A stretch of DNA of 64,000 nt from Minisyncoccota bacterium (GCA_016927565.1 JAFGMK010000015.1:1149-65148); one strand, 5' to 3'; positions 1 through 10,492 are shown, counted from the first letter of the stretch. Notes: generated from the sequence alone by a model not told the origin. Numbers and translations are program-made.

Positions 1-891
1 CTGGGTTTTTTTGCCTGGCAGTTTGCTTTCGGCGATTTTCTCCGACGGGTTTTTATCACCCGGAGGATTTCGTTGGGAATCTTTAATCATTTCTCCTTTT
101 ATCATGCCTTTTTTTGGCGGGAATATGGCCTGATTTCCTTCTTGGCTCTTTTGGGTCTGATCAGGGGTTTTTTGACCAAAGAGAAGAAACACTTTTTCCT
201 GGCAACTGTTTTGGGGGTATATTTAGGAATAGTTTTCTTTTTTTTGCCTTGGCTGGACATTAAATATCTGTTGGGGGTTTTTCCGGTTTTTTTCTTTGCT
301 TATTTGGCGTATTTTTTGGATGATTTGGCAGAAGGTTGGTTTGGAAAAAAAGGCCTTATTAAAGCCGTTTTTTTGTTTTTATCAATTGTTTTCATTATTT
401 TTAATGGTCATAAGTTTACCTTTAGGCCCCGGGTTTATTATTCGCCTAATGCCGACATGCGGCGGATTCCTTTGGTAGATTATAATTTGGTTTATGCCAA
501 GATAAGGTCTCAAGTTGGTAAGGGCGATCAGACCGTTGCAGTGGTGGATACCTGGGGGGACAGGATTGCCTGGTATTTGGGACGGGATTATCCGGCTGCT
601 TTTTGGTTACGAAAACAGAAGAACTATCAATTGAAAGGCGGAAAAAAAATTGATACGATTTACCACTACGGGGTAATTTTAAATGAAGCTGATTTGAAGT
701 CGGTTATTCAAGATTATCCGCAGGGATTTATCTTTATTGACGGCCATGAATTGCCCTTTTTGCCAATTGATGCGCTTGATTACCTTCGGGATAATTTAAA
801 GCCGGAGCTGGAGTTTACCCGCTTTTCCTTAGACCCTGATCCCTATGACACTTGGCCGGCTTGGCTTTATTCTTGGGGCGTGAAAGGGTAA
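1..891 (+). CDS. C-terminal part of a GT-C (GT39/ArnT-like) membrane glycosyltransferase; gene continues upstream of window (open frame from nt 1)
   Basis: Frame open from position 1 with no stop. Hydrophobic N-part, then a soluble C-terminal domain resembling the C-termini of the other GT-C paralogs in this cluster (3090..4694, 11942..13408). Confidence 0.45.
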   Translation: MGFFAWQFAFGDFLRRVFITRRISLGIFNHFSFYHAFFWREYGLISFLALLGLIRGFLTKEKKHFFLATVLGVYLGIVFFFLPWLDIKYLLGVFPVFFFAYLAYFLDDLAEGWFGKKGLIKAVFLFLSIVFIIFNGHKFTFRPRVYYSPNADMRRIPLVDYNLVYAKIRSQVGKGDQTVAVVDTWGDRIAWYLGRDYPAAFWLRKQKNYQLKGGKKIDTIYHYGVILNEADLKSVIQDYPQGFIFIDGHELPFLPIDALDYLRDNLKPELEFTRFSLDPDPYDTWPAWLYSWGVKG

Positions 892-2120
892 AATCAAATC
901 CAGTGAAGCGAAAAATTGCTAAAGACACCCTGGTTTTACTGTTTTCCCGCTTTGGTTCCCGGCTTTTGATTTTCGGTTTTGGAATTTATGCGGCAAGGGT
1001 TTTGGGTTCAGTCAATTTTGGGAAAGTCGTTTTTGCTTCCGCTTTTATCTTAACTTTTACTCCTTTGGCTGATTTTGGGCTGGAAAACTTTCTTTTAAGA
1101 GAAGTTAGCCGCCGCCCGAATCAGAGAATGAAGATAATTAAAGATCTTTTTTACCCCCGAATTCTTTTGGCCGGCCTGGCGTATTTTTTAGCGCTGGCAT
1201 CAGCTGTTGTTTTGGGTTTCGAAAGTGAAGATTTAATTAATGTCAGTCTTTATGGCTTGATGTTGATCCCCTATTCTTTGAATTATTTTTTTCTGGCCTA
1301 TTTTAATGCCCAGGAAAAGTTTATTAAGTCGGCTTTGCTTAAGTTTTTTTACCCCCTGGCTCATGTTTTGCTGGGCCTGCTTTTTTTAATCTTGGGATTT
1401 TCCTATCGCTGGCTTTTTTTGGCCGTGGTTTTGGGAAACCTGTCTTCGGCTTTGGTTTTGCTTTTTTTCTATCCGCAAATAATTAAACAGTTTTCTTTTT
1501 CCGGCCGGCTGTTAAAAAAAGTCCTTTGTCAAACTTGGCCGTGGGCGGCTTTGATTTTTATTGCTGTTTTTTATCTGCGGCTGGATGTGATTATTTTAAA
1601 AAAAATTGCCGGTAGTCAGGCGACCGGACTTTACGGGCCGGTATCAAATCTGGTTCAGACCAGTCTTTTAATTCCTCAGTCATTCGCCTTGGCTCTTTTT
1701 CCCCTTAGTTCTCGATTGGTTAAGTTGAACAAATTCAAAATGAAAAGAGTTTATCTCCGCGGCTTGGGGATTTTATTTTTGGCTTCTTTACCCATTGTTG
1801 GTTTCGGGATTTGGCTTAGTCCTTTTTTAATCCCTTTGATTTTTGGCCAAGAATACCAGGTTTCAATCCCGGCTTTTCAAGTGGCTTTTTTAAGTCTGAT
1901 TTTGTTTTTTGTCAATGCTTTGCCCGGGAATGTAATTCTTAATTCCAAAAAAGTTAAAGGCTTTATTCCCTGGGCGATAGCAAATTTGATTGTTAATCTT
2001 GGTTTAAATTTAACTTTAATTCCTTGTTTGGGTTTTACCGGCGCAGCTTGGGCAAAGCTTTTTTCCGAATTTTTTGGTTTCTTAACTAATAATTTATATG
2101 TTTATCGGATTCTGGGTTAA
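852..2120 (+). CDS. Wzx-like polysaccharide/oligosaccharide flippase (MOP superfamily), multi-TM; alternative GTG start at 903
   Basis: About 12 predicted TM helices. N-terminus VKRKIAKDTLVLLFSRFGSRLL is typical of Wzx/polysaccharide biosynthesis proteins. An AAAGGG RBS-like motif lies 15 nt before the GTG at 903. Confidence 0.6.
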   Translation: MAGLALFLGRERVKSNPVKRKIAKDTLVLLFSRFGSRLLIFGFGIYAARVLGSVNFGKVVFASAFILTFTPLADFGLENFLLREVSRRPNQRMKIIKDLFYPRILLAGLAYFLALASAVVLGFESEDLINVSLYGLMLIPYSLNYFFLAYFNAQEKFIKSALLKFFYPLAHVLLGLLFLILGFSYRWLFLAVVLGNLSSALVLLFFYPQIIKQFSFSGRLLKKVLCQTWPWAALIFIAVFYLRLDVIILKKIAGSQATGLYGPVSNLVQTSLLIPQSFALALFPLSSRLVKLNKFKMKRVYLRGLGILFLASLPIVGFGIWLSPFLIPLIFGQEYQVSIPAFQVAFLSLILFFVNALPGNVILNSKKVKGFIPWAIANLIVNLGLNLTLIPCLGFTGAAWAKLFSEFFGFLTNNLYVYRILG

Positions 2121-3085
2121 TGAAAAAAAAGATTCTGAGTTTGATAATTCTTTCTTACAACACTAAGAAAATATTGCAGGATTGCTTAGGAAGTCTCCGG
2201 AAGGCTTCTGTTCCGGGAGGCTATCTGTTGGAAATAATTGTAGTCGATAATGGCTCTGTTGATGGCAGTGCGGCATGGTTGCAGAATTGGGCTTCCCGCT
2301 CTCTGACGAACCGGTTTGTCAGAGAAAAGAAAAACTTGGGATTTGCTCTGGGGAATAATCATGGATTAAAGATTGCTTCGGGAGATTTTGTTATGCTTTT
2401 GAACTCAGACACGATTGTTCGGAAGGATGTGTTTGAAAAGCTGGTTTTTTATCTTGAAAAAAACCCTCGGATAGGAGCGGTTTCTCCTCTTTTGCTCCTT
2501 CCGGATGGTCAGCCCCAAAATGATTATTATTTCCGTTTTCCCAATCTTTGGCAGCTGGCTTTTTATCATCAGCCTCTTTTGAGGCCGCTGGTGATGAAAA
2601 CACCGCTGAAATGGCTGGTAGTTAGTCGAGGAAAGACGATGACGGATCGCCTGAAACCTCCGGTTCAAGATCGAATTACTCAACTTGCTTTTGAAGTTGA
2701 TCAACTTCCCGGCGCCGCTCTTTTAGTTCGTCGGAAAGTTTGGAACAAGGTGGGGGGATTGGATTCAGACTATCACTTCTTATTTGAGGATGTTGACTGG
2801 TGTTGGCGAGCCAGAATTAGAGGTTTTAAGCTCGCGGTTGTTCCTGAAGCAAAAATTACTCACTTAGGAGGGGCAAGCTGGAAAAAAAAGCTTCAAAAAA
2901 ATAAAAACCAATTTTATTACCAATATTTTGCCTCAATGCTATTGTTTGTTAACAAGCATTATTCTTTTTTTGCTTCTTGGGTTTTTTTTCTTTCAATTCT
3001 GGTTAATTTTTTAACCACTTTTAAATGGATTTTGGCCTGGGATTTTTTAAAAAACCAAGGTAAACAAAAGAAACTTTGGGTTTAG
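2120..3085 (+). CDS. GT2 family glycosyltransferase (Dpm1/polyprenol-phosphate sugar synthase-like)
   Basis: N-terminal LSLIILSYNTKKIL...VVDNGSVDGS, then DxD region (NSDTIV), as in GT2 enzymes. Confidence 0.75.
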   Translation: MKKKILSLIILSYNTKKILQDCLGSLRKASVPGGYLLEIIVVDNGSVDGSAAWLQNWASRSLTNRFVREKKNLGFALGNNHGLKIASGDFVMLLNSDTIVRKDVFEKLVFYLEKNPRIGAVSPLLLLPDGQPQNDYYFRFPNLWQLAFYHQPLLRPLVMKTPLKWLVVSRGKTMTDRLKPPVQDRITQLAFEVDQLPGAALLVRRKVWNKVGGLDSDYHFLFEDVDWCWRARIRGFKLAVVPEAKITHLGGASWKKKLQKNKNQFYYQYFASMLLFVNKHYSFFASWVFFLSILVNFLTTFKWILAWDFLKNQGKQKKLWV

Positions 3086-3089
3086 AAAG

Positions 3090-4694
3090 ATGCTGTTTTT
3101 AATTTTGACACTAGCCTTAGGATTGCGTCTGATTAATTTGAATCAATCCTTATGGCTGGACGAAGCGGTTCAGGCGATTACCAGCCAGGAAAATTTTCCG
3201 GCTCTTTGGGCCGAGCTTCAGGGCGACTTTCATCCGCCCTGTTATCATCTTTTAATGTGGGTTTGGGTCAGGTTTTTCAAAGCCTCGGAAATTTCTTTAA
3301 GACTGCCCTCAGTTTTGTTTGGAGTGGGAACGGTGGGAGTGATTTGGAGAATAGGAAGGCAGTTCCTATTAACTGGTTCTACAGGCGCTTCAGAGAAAAC
3401 AATCCTGGATCGAACCGGCGCTTTAGAAAATAACGCTTTCGGGTTGTTGTTTCCAGGCTTAGCTGCGTTTTTTCTGGCAATTAATCCTTTTCATGTCTAC
3501 TATTCCCAAGAAACGCGGATGTATTCAATGGCTGCTTTTTTTACTGCTTTGTCAATGTTTTTTTTTCTTAAGGCAATTGGCAGTAGGGGAAAAATCAGAA
3601 AAACAAAATCGACTTCGTTTTTGAGTTGCTCTTGGGGGGGATATTTTTTAGCAACCTTGGTATTGGTTTATACCGACTATTACGGTTGGTTAATCCTGTT
3701 AGCTCAAAATCTGATCTTTGTCTTTTTCAAAAGGCGCCATCAGCAGTCTGATGAATCGGTTTGCCGGACCGGGTTAACCTTGAGGAAATGGGTCGGAGTT
3801 CAAGCCCTGATCGGTTTTTTTTATTTGCCGTGGTTGGGAATGTTCTTGACTCAACTAAAAACCGGTCAAATGGCTATGACCAGCCTGCCCGAGTGGGGGC
3901 AATTAGTCAATTTAATTTTTTTAAAGGCCCTGCCTCTAACTATGCTTAAGTTTATCATTGGCCGGATAACGATCTTTAACAAAAAAATTTATTTCCTGGT
4001 AGCTGGCAGTCTGTTGGTGTTTTATGGTAGTTTGATTGGTCCCGGCCTTTGGAAAGAGAAAAAAAATCGATTTATGATTAATTGTTTGCGATCAACTGTT
4101 CTTGTCTGGCTCTTTTTGCCGTTGCTGGCGGCTTGGTTGATCTCTTTGCGGGTACCTAATTACCAGCCTTTTCGATTGCTTTTAGTTCTGCCTGCTTTTT
4201 GTCTCCTTCTTGCCTGGAAAATCACTCAAACTAAGAGTTCAATGATTCGAATCATTGAACTCTTAATGGTAGTAGGAGTCAGTCTGGTTTCACTGCGAAC
4301 TTATTACTCTAATCCTTATTTTCACCGCGAGGATTGGCGGGGTTTGGTCCATTTTCTTGATCATGATTGGCAGACAAATGCCATCTTGCCCTCCGCTACC
4401 AGCAGCTGGCCAATCAAGTATTACACCAGGCGGTTCTGTCTCTGGGATCGATCCTTGGTTTGGTATCACGGAATTAGCCAGGGGATCAGACCGGTCCGGA
4501 ATGAAGACCGCTTTGTTCTTCAGACCCACCTTCAAGGAAAAGAAAAAATTTACTTTATCCGTTACCTTGTTCCTCTTTTTGATCCCGAGGAAAAAATTAA
4601 TGCCTGGTTGGAGGAAGAAGGATTTGTTAAAATTAAAGAAATCAGCTTCAACCAAATCCCTCTTTGGGTATTTGAGAAGCAGGAAAGCTCATGA
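3090..4694 (+). CDS. GT-C fold membrane glycosyltransferase (GT39/PMT/ArnT-like)
   Basis: Polytopic membrane protein whose first loop carries SLWLDEA, the DE motif of GT39/GT83 enzymes. Soluble C-terminal domain. Confidence 0.65.
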   Translation: MLFLILTLALGLRLINLNQSLWLDEAVQAITSQENFPALWAELQGDFHPPCYHLLMWVWVRFFKASEISLRLPSVLFGVGTVGVIWRIGRQFLLTGSTGASEKTILDRTGALENNAFGLLFPGLAAFFLAINPFHVYYSQETRMYSMAAFFTALSMFFFLKAIGSRGKIRKTKSTSFLSCSWGGYFLATLVLVYTDYYGWLILLAQNLIFVFFKRRHQQSDESVCRTGLTLRKWVGVQALIGFFYLPWLGMFLTQLKTGQMAMTSLPEWGQLVNLIFLKALPLTMLKFIIGRITIFNKKIYFLVAGSLLVFYGSLIGPGLWKEKKNRFMINCLRSTVLVWLFLPLLAAWLISLRVPNYQPFRLLLVLPAFCLLLAWKITQTKSSMIRIIELLMVVGVSLVSLRTYYSNPYFHREDWRGLVHFLDHDWQTNAILPSATSSWPIKYYTRRFCLWDRSLVWYHGISQGIRPVRNEDRFVLQTHLQGKEKIYFIRYLVPLFDPEEKINAWLEEEGFVKIKEISFNQIPLWVFEKQESS

Positions 4695-5818
4695 AGATTG
4701 GCATTGACATTTCTCAAATTGTTCATGGCACCGGCGTTTCTTTTTACACCCGGAACCTGGTGCGGGCTTTGGCTGAGATCGATAAGGAGAACGACTATCT
4801 CTTAATTGGCACTTCTCGGGGAAGATATCAATTCTTAGCTGATTTTGGGACCGAAATTAATAAAATTAACCCTCTTTTTTTAAACCGTTTTTTCCGCTGG
4901 CCGGTCAGCCTGGCTGAGATTTGGGCTAATCGGTGGCGGTTTGGCAGCTTGGAAAAGTTGGTTGGCCCGATGGATATCTTTCATTCTTCAGACTGGCTCC
5001 AGCCGCCGTGCCAAGCTGTTAAGGTGACCACAATTCACGACTTTGGCTTTTGGCGCTATCCCCAAACTGCCCATCGGAAGATCAGATCCGTGATGAAGCG
5101 GCGGTTGCTTTTGGTCAAAAAAGAGGTTGATAAAATAATCTGCGTTTCCCGGGCAACCGCTAAAGATGCGGTGCAATTGCTTAAGGTTCCTCCGGAAAAA
5201 ATTGAAGTCATTTTTGAAGCTCCGGGGTTGAAGTTTCGAAAAGTACCGATCTCGAAGGTGGCAAAGATTAAGGATAAATATGAGATTAAAGGTGACTACT
5301 TTTTGGCTGTTGCTACCATTGAGCCCCGGAAAAACTTTGGTGGAATTCTGGAAGCGGTGGCCCCGATTTTAAAAAAAAAGCCTAATTTGTCGCTGGTGGT
5401 AGTTGGCCGGCTGGGTTGGGACAAATTAATGGGGCGGATAATGAGTCAGACCGATCGGGTGAATTTGGTTGGCTATATCCCAACCAGTGATCTGGTTGCC
5501 TTGTATAATGGATCTTTAGGCTTAATTTATCCTTCTTTATACGAAGGTTTTGGCCTGCCTGTTCTTGAAGCCTTTGCCTGCGGTTGCCCGGTGGTGACCT
5601 CCAACATTTCCAGCCTGCCGGAAATTGCCGGCCGTTCAGCAGTTCTGGTCAATCCTTTGAAGGCTGAAGAAATTGGCGCAGGGATTAAGCAAGTCCTGGC
5701 TAAAAGAGAAGAGCTCATTCGCCGGGGTTTTGAAAGGGTTAAAAAATTCTCTTGGAAAAAAACAGCAGAACAAACACTTGCTCTTTATGAAAAAACTTAC
5801 CGAGCTTTTAAAAACTGA
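4691..5818 (+). CDS. GT4 family glycosyltransferase (GT-B, retaining)
   Basis: N-terminal MKIGIDISQ...; C-terminal EGFGLPVLEAFACGCPVVTS, the GT4 EX7E region. Confidence 0.8.
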   Translation: MKIGIDISQIVHGTGVSFYTRNLVRALAEIDKENDYLLIGTSRGRYQFLADFGTEINKINPLFLNRFFRWPVSLAEIWANRWRFGSLEKLVGPMDIFHSSDWLQPPCQAVKVTTIHDFGFWRYPQTAHRKIRSVMKRRLLLVKKEVDKIICVSRATAKDAVQLLKVPPEKIEVIFEAPGLKFRKVPISKVAKIKDKYEIKGDYFLAVATIEPRKNFGGILEAVAPILKKKPNLSLVVVGRLGWDKLMGRIMSQTDRVNLVGYIPTSDLVALYNGSLGLIYPSLYEGFGLPVLEAFACGCPVVTSNISSLPEIAGRSAVLVNPLKAEEIGAGIKQVLAKREELIRRGFERVKKFSWKKTAEQTLALYEKTYRAFKN

Positions 5819-7286
5819 AACAGTTTGGCTGATCTTGTTATTTGGCCTGGCGGCCACTGTCCGGTTCCGCGGTTTGAACCAATTGGCTTTCTTTACCTAT
5901 GACCAGGCGCGGGATGCTTTTTATATTAAAAGAATTCTTGACGGCGAGTTCAGATTAATCGGCACTCAAAGTTCTATTCCCGGACTTTACACCGGCCCTC
6001 TTTATTATTACCTGATGGCGCCCTTTTTGTTTCTTTTCCGCTTAAACCCTGTTGGTTTGGACTATGCCACTGCTTTCATTTCTCTGTTGACTTTGTTTTT
6101 ACTGTTCGGGCTTTTAAAAAAAACTACGAAGAGTTCCTTTCTGGCGATAATTTTTACCGCTCTCTATGCTTTTTCGCCCCAAATTGTCAATCAAAGCCGT
6201 TTTGCCTGGAATCCGAATCCCTTGCCTTTCTTAACCCTCTTGTTTTTATTTTCCCTTAAAAAGATTATCTTTCAGGGTGAAAAGATTTTTTTGCTAATTT
6301 TGGCCTTGACTATCGGCGCCGCCATTAATCTCCATTATTCGGGTTTGGCGCTAATTTTTATTCTCCTGCCGATTGGCTTTTTTTTTGCCAAATCTTTAAA
6401 AGAGACGTTTGATTTAAAAATGGTTGTTATTTTTCTAGTTTTCCTGGGATTATTTTTCCTGCCTCTTTTTCTTTTTGACTGCCGGCACGGTTTTATCAAT
6501 GCCCGAAGTTTAATTTCTTATCTCCGGCAAGGGCCGGCCCCCGAAATTTCCCCGCCGCCGTTTTGGACCGGACTATGGGATAAGTTTGTTTTTCTTTTTG
6601 GGCTGGCAGTGCCTCTGACTGGTTTTTGGCTAAAATTTTTAACCGGAGTCAGTCTGTTTTCGGGTTTGGGGTTTTTTGTAAAGAGCTTAAAGGAAAAAAC
6701 CTTTTTTTCTCTGGTTTTTTTAAGCCTTTTTTCCGGCGTTCTGTTTGCCTGCTTTTATCAGGGTAGTTTTTTTAATTTTTACCTGACATTTTTGTATCCG
6801 CTTCCCTTTTTGTGGCTTGCCTCTTTTTTTGGTCAAAAACCTGAGAGAAACAGGAGCTGGTTTTTTTTGGGTCTAGTGGTGGTTATAATTCTGGGAAGAA
6901 ATTTTAAAAGCCTTTCCCGCCCGTTTCGCCCGGCCCGAACTATTAAAGATCTGGAGAGAGTAGCTTTATTTTTAAGTCAGAAGATAAACCCTGGAGAAAA
7001 CTTTAACCTGGCTGCTCTTTATCGGGGGCAGAACCGTTTTGATCATAATGCGGTTGATTACCGCTATTTTTTGGAAGCAAGATATAAAATCAAAGTTCCG
7101 GGATGGGATGTTTTGGATTACCGGAATGCTCAAATTTGTTACTTAATCAGTGAAGTCGGTCAGGTTGAGATTGGGGCAGTTAAATTTTGGGAAACTCAAT
7201 TAATGGGAGCTCTCAAAGAGGAAAACCATTGGGATTTGGGGGAAGATTATTTGGTTTACCGGTTGGTTAAAGACAAAATGGAGTAA
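5787..7286 (+). CDS. Polytopic membrane protein, probable GT-C glycosyltransferase; start moved to in-frame ATG at 5787 (MKKLTELLK...)
   Basis: The longer ORF (5673) overlaps the previous gene by 146 nt, so the ATG at 5787 is more plausible. Many TM helices; YDQARDA loop motif near the N-terminus resembles the GT-C DE-type motif. Confidence 0.5.
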   Translation: MKKLTELLKTETVWLILLFGLAATVRFRGLNQLAFFTYDQARDAFYIKRILDGEFRLIGTQSSIPGLYTGPLYYYLMAPFLFLFRLNPVGLDYATAFISLLTLFLLFGLLKKTTKSSFLAIIFTALYAFSPQIVNQSRFAWNPNPLPFLTLLFLFSLKKIIFQGEKIFLLILALTIGAAINLHYSGLALIFILLPIGFFFAKSLKETFDLKMVVIFLVFLGLFFLPLFLFDCRHGFINARSLISYLRQGPAPEISPPPFWTGLWDKFVFLFGLAVPLTGFWLKFLTGVSLFSGLGFFVKSLKEKTFFSLVFLSLFSGVLFACFYQGSFFNFYLTFLYPLPFLWLASFFGQKPERNRSWFFLGLVVVIILGRNFKSLSRPFRPARTIKDLERVALFLSQKINPGENFNLAALYRGQNRFDHNAVDYRYFLEARYKIKVPGWDVLDYRNAQICYLISEVGQVEIGAVKFWETQLMGALKEENHWDLGEDYLVYRLVKDKME

Positions 7287-7295
7287 AATAAAACA

Positions 7296-8405
7296 ATGTT
7301 GATCGGGATTGACGGGAACGAAGCCAATGTCAGAAGCCGGGTAGGAAGTAATCAGTATTCTTTTGAAATTCTCTGGGGCTTGTATTTGTTAAGCCGAAAA
7401 CGAGATTTTGATTTTTTGATTTATTTAAAAGAAGCTCCGTTGGCTGATTTGCCGCCGGAAAAAAGCCGCTGGCAATACCGGAGAATTGGTCCCAGCAGGT
7501 TTTGGACTCGTTTCGCTTTGCCGCTGGAACTAACTTTCCGGCGGCCCCGGCCGGCGGTCTTTTTTTCTCCCGGCCATTACAGCCCCTGGTTTTTACCGAT
7601 GCCTCTGGTTGTTTCTATCATGGATTTGGGATATCTTCGTTTTCCAAAGCAATTCCGGCGGCGCGACCTTTATCAGCTGACCAGCTGGACTGAGTCTTCG
7701 ATCAGGAAGGCCAGGCGGGTGCTGGCTATCTCCCGGTTCACTCGGAATGATATAATTAAAACCTACCGGCTTGAGCCTGAAAAGGTAGTAGTGACACCTC
7801 TTGGGTATAAAAAAATACGGATAAAAAATTATAAACTGCAAATCGAAAGAATCAGGAGAAAATATCGGATTAGAGGTGATTATATTTTGTTTCTGGGAAC
7901 TTTAAAACCGAGTAAGAACATCGAGGGCTTAATTGAAGCTTTTGCCAGACTGGATTTGGCCGGAAACAATCTAAAACTGGTGATTGCCGGTAAAAAAGGC
8001 TGGTTTTTTAAAGATATTTATGAAAGGGTAAAAACTTTGAGTCTTGAAAAAAGGGTTATTTTTACTGATTTTGTTCCGGAAAAAGAAGCGCCGATTTTAT
8101 TAGCTGGGGCTTTGGTTTTCGTTTTGCCTTCTTTTTGGGAAGGATTTGGTTTGCCGGCCCTTCAATCAATGTCCTTGGGAACGCCGGTGGTGGTTTCCCG
8201 GGTAGCGAGTTTGCCTGAAGTAGTTGGACCGGCGGGGATTTTGGTAAACCCTCAAAAGCCTGATGATATTGCCCGGGGAATTAAGAAAGCTTTTAAGGAA
8301 AGAAAAAAAAGAAGCCGGCTGGGCTTGCTCCAGGCGAAAAATTTTTCTTGGGAAAAGTGCGCTCGGAGAACTTTAGCAGTCCTGGAGACTGTCGGTCAGG
8401 AATAA
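7296..8405 (+). CDS. GT4 family glycosyltransferase
   Basis: MLIGIDGNEA... N-terminus; EGFGLPALQSMSLGTPVVVS C-terminal GT4 motif. Confidence 0.8.
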   Translation: MLIGIDGNEANVRSRVGSNQYSFEILWGLYLLSRKRDFDFLIYLKEAPLADLPPEKSRWQYRRIGPSRFWTRFALPLELTFRRPRPAVFFSPGHYSPWFLPMPLVVSIMDLGYLRFPKQFRRRDLYQLTSWTESSIRKARRVLAISRFTRNDIIKTYRLEPEKVVVTPLGYKKIRIKNYKLQIERIRRKYRIRGDYILFLGTLKPSKNIEGLIEAFARLDLAGNNLKLVIAGKKGWFFKDIYERVKTLSLEKRVIFTDFVPEKEAPILLAGALVFVLPSFWEGFGLPALQSMSLGTPVVVSRVASLPEVVGPAGILVNPQKPDDIARGIKKAFKERKKRSRLGLLQAKNFSWEKCARRTLAVLETVGQE

Positions 8406-8409
8406 GAAA

Positions 8410-9048
8410 ATGTTTTTTTCTGAAAATGTCCATTTTACTCAAAAAGGTTTGGTTTTTACCGATAAGGACGGCTGTGAACTAAGCTCAAATCAGGCTTTTA
8501 AAAAAATGACTAACCGGTTTTACAACTGGTGGCTTGATTTTAAACTGTTGATAGTAGACTTGAGCGGGTATTGCCCTTTCTGGTTCTGGCGAAAACTGAT
8601 TTACCAATTGGCGGGATTGAAAATCGGCCGTCAAAGCAAGATCCATTTCGGGGCTCGTTTTTTTGAACCCGGAAAAATCAGTATTGGCCGGGATACACTG
8701 GTCGGCGAGTTTGCTTTTTTGGACGGCCGGGCTCCGTTAACGATTGGCCATCATGTTGATATTGCTTCTCAGGTTTTAATTTATAATTCCGAGCACGATA
8801 TTCACTCGGAGAAAATGTCAGCCATTGAAGCGCCGGTTGAGATTGGTGATTATGTTTTTATCGGTCCCAGAGCAATTATTTTGCCGGGAGTTAAAATCGG
8901 CAGGGGAGCGGTAGTAGCGGCCGGTGCAGTGGTGACCAAAGATGTTTCCCCGAGAAAGATTGTTGCCGGGATTCCGGCTAAAGAAATTGGCAATCGGAAA
9001 ATTAAAAAGTTCACTTATCGGCTTGGCCGATCTCGGCTCTTTTCATGA
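8410..9048 (+). CDS. Left-handed beta-helix (hexapeptide repeat) sugar O-acetyltransferase, WcaF/NeuD-like
   Basis: C-terminal hexapeptide repeats IGDYVFIGPRAIILPGVKIGRGAVVAAGAVV. Confidence 0.7.
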   Translation: MFFSENVHFTQKGLVFTDKDGCELSSNQAFKKMTNRFYNWWLDFKLLIVDLSGYCPFWFWRKLIYQLAGLKIGRQSKIHFGARFFEPGKISIGRDTLVGEFAFLDGRAPLTIGHHVDIASQVLIYNSEHDIHSEKMSAIEAPVEIGDYVFIGPRAIILPGVKIGRGAVVAAGAVVTKDVSPRKIVAGIPAKEIGNRKIKKFTYRLGRSRLFS

Positions 9049-9641
9049 AGAAAATTACCCGGTTTATTTCTGGTTTTTTTTACCTCATTGGCCTGGTTTA
9101 TCTTTGTCTGCCTTTGGGAGAGATGCCGGCGTTGCCGGATTCCTTAAAATCAAAAGAGCCCGGGGATACAGTCGAAATTCCCGGAGTTTCGGCCTACTAT
9201 ACCAATTTATCCCGTTACGAAGTCTTGGAATTTTATCGGCAGAATTTTTCTCGTTCCCGATTGGGAAATCTGCCCTTGCCCGTGGTGGTTTTAAATCATC
9301 CGCCGGAATACACCCGGGAAGCGATCAGGGACACTGTTGATTCTACTTTTCTTTACGAACTGGTTCACCCGGGCCGGGATTCTTTATTTATCAATGGTTG
9401 GGATCCGGCCGAGGACCCTAAATTTAAAAAAAATAAAAATCTTTCCCAAGTTTTAAAAGAAGATAATCGTTTTTGGGAGCGAAAAGTGACTTTGCGTTTG
9501 TTTTCTTCCGGAACGATTTTACGGCTGATAATCTTTTCCGTTGCTTATTGGCTTATAATTGGCCTGTCAAAAGAGGCATTAAAAATGATTTTTTTAATTT
9601 TTAAATACTTATGGCTGAAAAAAGAATCGATCTTTCGATAA
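9045..9641 (+). CDS. Hypothetical membrane protein (N- and C-terminal TM helices)
   Basis: ORF with typical host codon usage, embedded in the glycosylation cluster. No recognisable motif. Confidence 0.35.
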   Translation: MKKITRFISGFFYLIGLVYLCLPLGEMPALPDSLKSKEPGDTVEIPGVSAYYTNLSRYEVLEFYRQNFSRSRLGNLPLPVVVLNHPPEYTREAIRDTVDSTFLYELVHPGRDSLFINGWDPAEDPKFKKNKNLSQVLKEDNRFWERKVTLRLFSSGTILRLIIFSVAYWLIIGLSKEALKMIFLIFKYLWLKKESIFR

Positions 9642-10492
9642 TTATTATCAGTTTTAATACCCGGCAGCTTTTAAAGAGTTGTCTAATCAGTCTTTTCCAA
9701 ATTACTGACAAGCTCTTTTTTGAAGTAATTGTAGTTGATAATAATTCTCAGGATGGTTCGGTCGAACTGGTTAAAAAAGAATTTCCTCAAGTCAAATTGA
9801 TAGCTAACAAAGATAATTTAGGTTTCGGCCGGGCAAATAACCAGGGCCTGAAAGAAGCTCGGGGTAAAATGATCTTGTTTTTAAATTCGGATACGATTGT
9901 TCATTCTCGGGCGCTGGAAGAGCTGACGCATTTTTTAAAATTTAATCCCAAAGTGGGAGTGGTGGGCCCCAAGCTTTTAAACCGGGACGGAACCGATCAG
10001 GCTTCAGCGGGAAGTTTTCCCTATTTGGGGATTTGCGCTATTATGCTTTTCGCCGAACATTTCTGGCCTAACCGGCTGGTTCGGGGATCGGGCGCGCAGA
10101 TACGACTGGTTGATTGGGTGATGGGAGCGGCAATGGTTTTCAGAAAAGAAGTTTTAGATCAGGTCGGGGGCTTTGATGAAAATATTTTCATGTATCTCGA
10201 GGAGGTTGAATTATGTTACCGGGTGAAAAAAGCTGGTTGGCAAATCGCCTTTTTTCCCGAAGCGGTAATCACTCATTTCGGTCAAGGGAGTTCCCAAAGC
10301 GGCCGGAAAGGGCCAATTTTGGGTATTTATAAGGGGTTGGCTTATTTTTACCGGAAACACCGGCCCGGCTGGGAAGGGCGATTCCTTAAATTGATGCTGA
10401 AAATTAAAGCCGGCTCAGCTTATTTGCTTGGCAGTTTAACTAAGAATGATTATTTAAAGGAGACTTATGGTCAGGCATTCCGGCTGGTTTGA
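9611..10492 (+). CDS. GT2 family glycosyltransferase
   Basis: IDLSIIIISFNTRQLL...VVDNNSQDGS...LNSDTIV, a GT2 signature arrangement. Confidence 0.75.
   Translation: MAEKRIDLSIIIISFNTRQLLKSCLISLFQITDKLFFEVIVVDNNSQDGSVELVKKEFPQVKLIANKDNLGFGRANNQGLKEARGKMILFLNSDTIVHSRALEELTHFLKFNPKVGVVGPKLLNRDGTDQASAGSFPYLGICAIMLFAEHFWPNRLVRGSGAQIRLVDWVMGAAMVFRKEVLDQVGGFDENIFMYLEEVELCYRVKKAGWQIAFFPEAVITHFGQGSSQSGRKGPILGIYKGLAYFYRKHRPGWEGRFLKLMLKIKAGSAYLLGSLTKNDYLKETYGQAFRLV

Noticed and set aside
2391-2704. Minus-strand ORFs (70 and 99 aa) inside the GT2 gene, and similar antisense ORFs within other genes (for example 4290-4655, 13867-14301, 22729-23076, 33457-33861, 39366-39800)
   Set aside because: They are fully embedded in well-supported plus-strand genes, have low-complexity or odd composition, and have no RBS or motif. 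They are probably translation artefacts of the opposite frame.
8942-9340. 132-aa ORF overlapping the acetyltransferase/hypothetical junction
   Set aside because: It overlaps two better-supported co-directional genes in another frame. No independent evidence.
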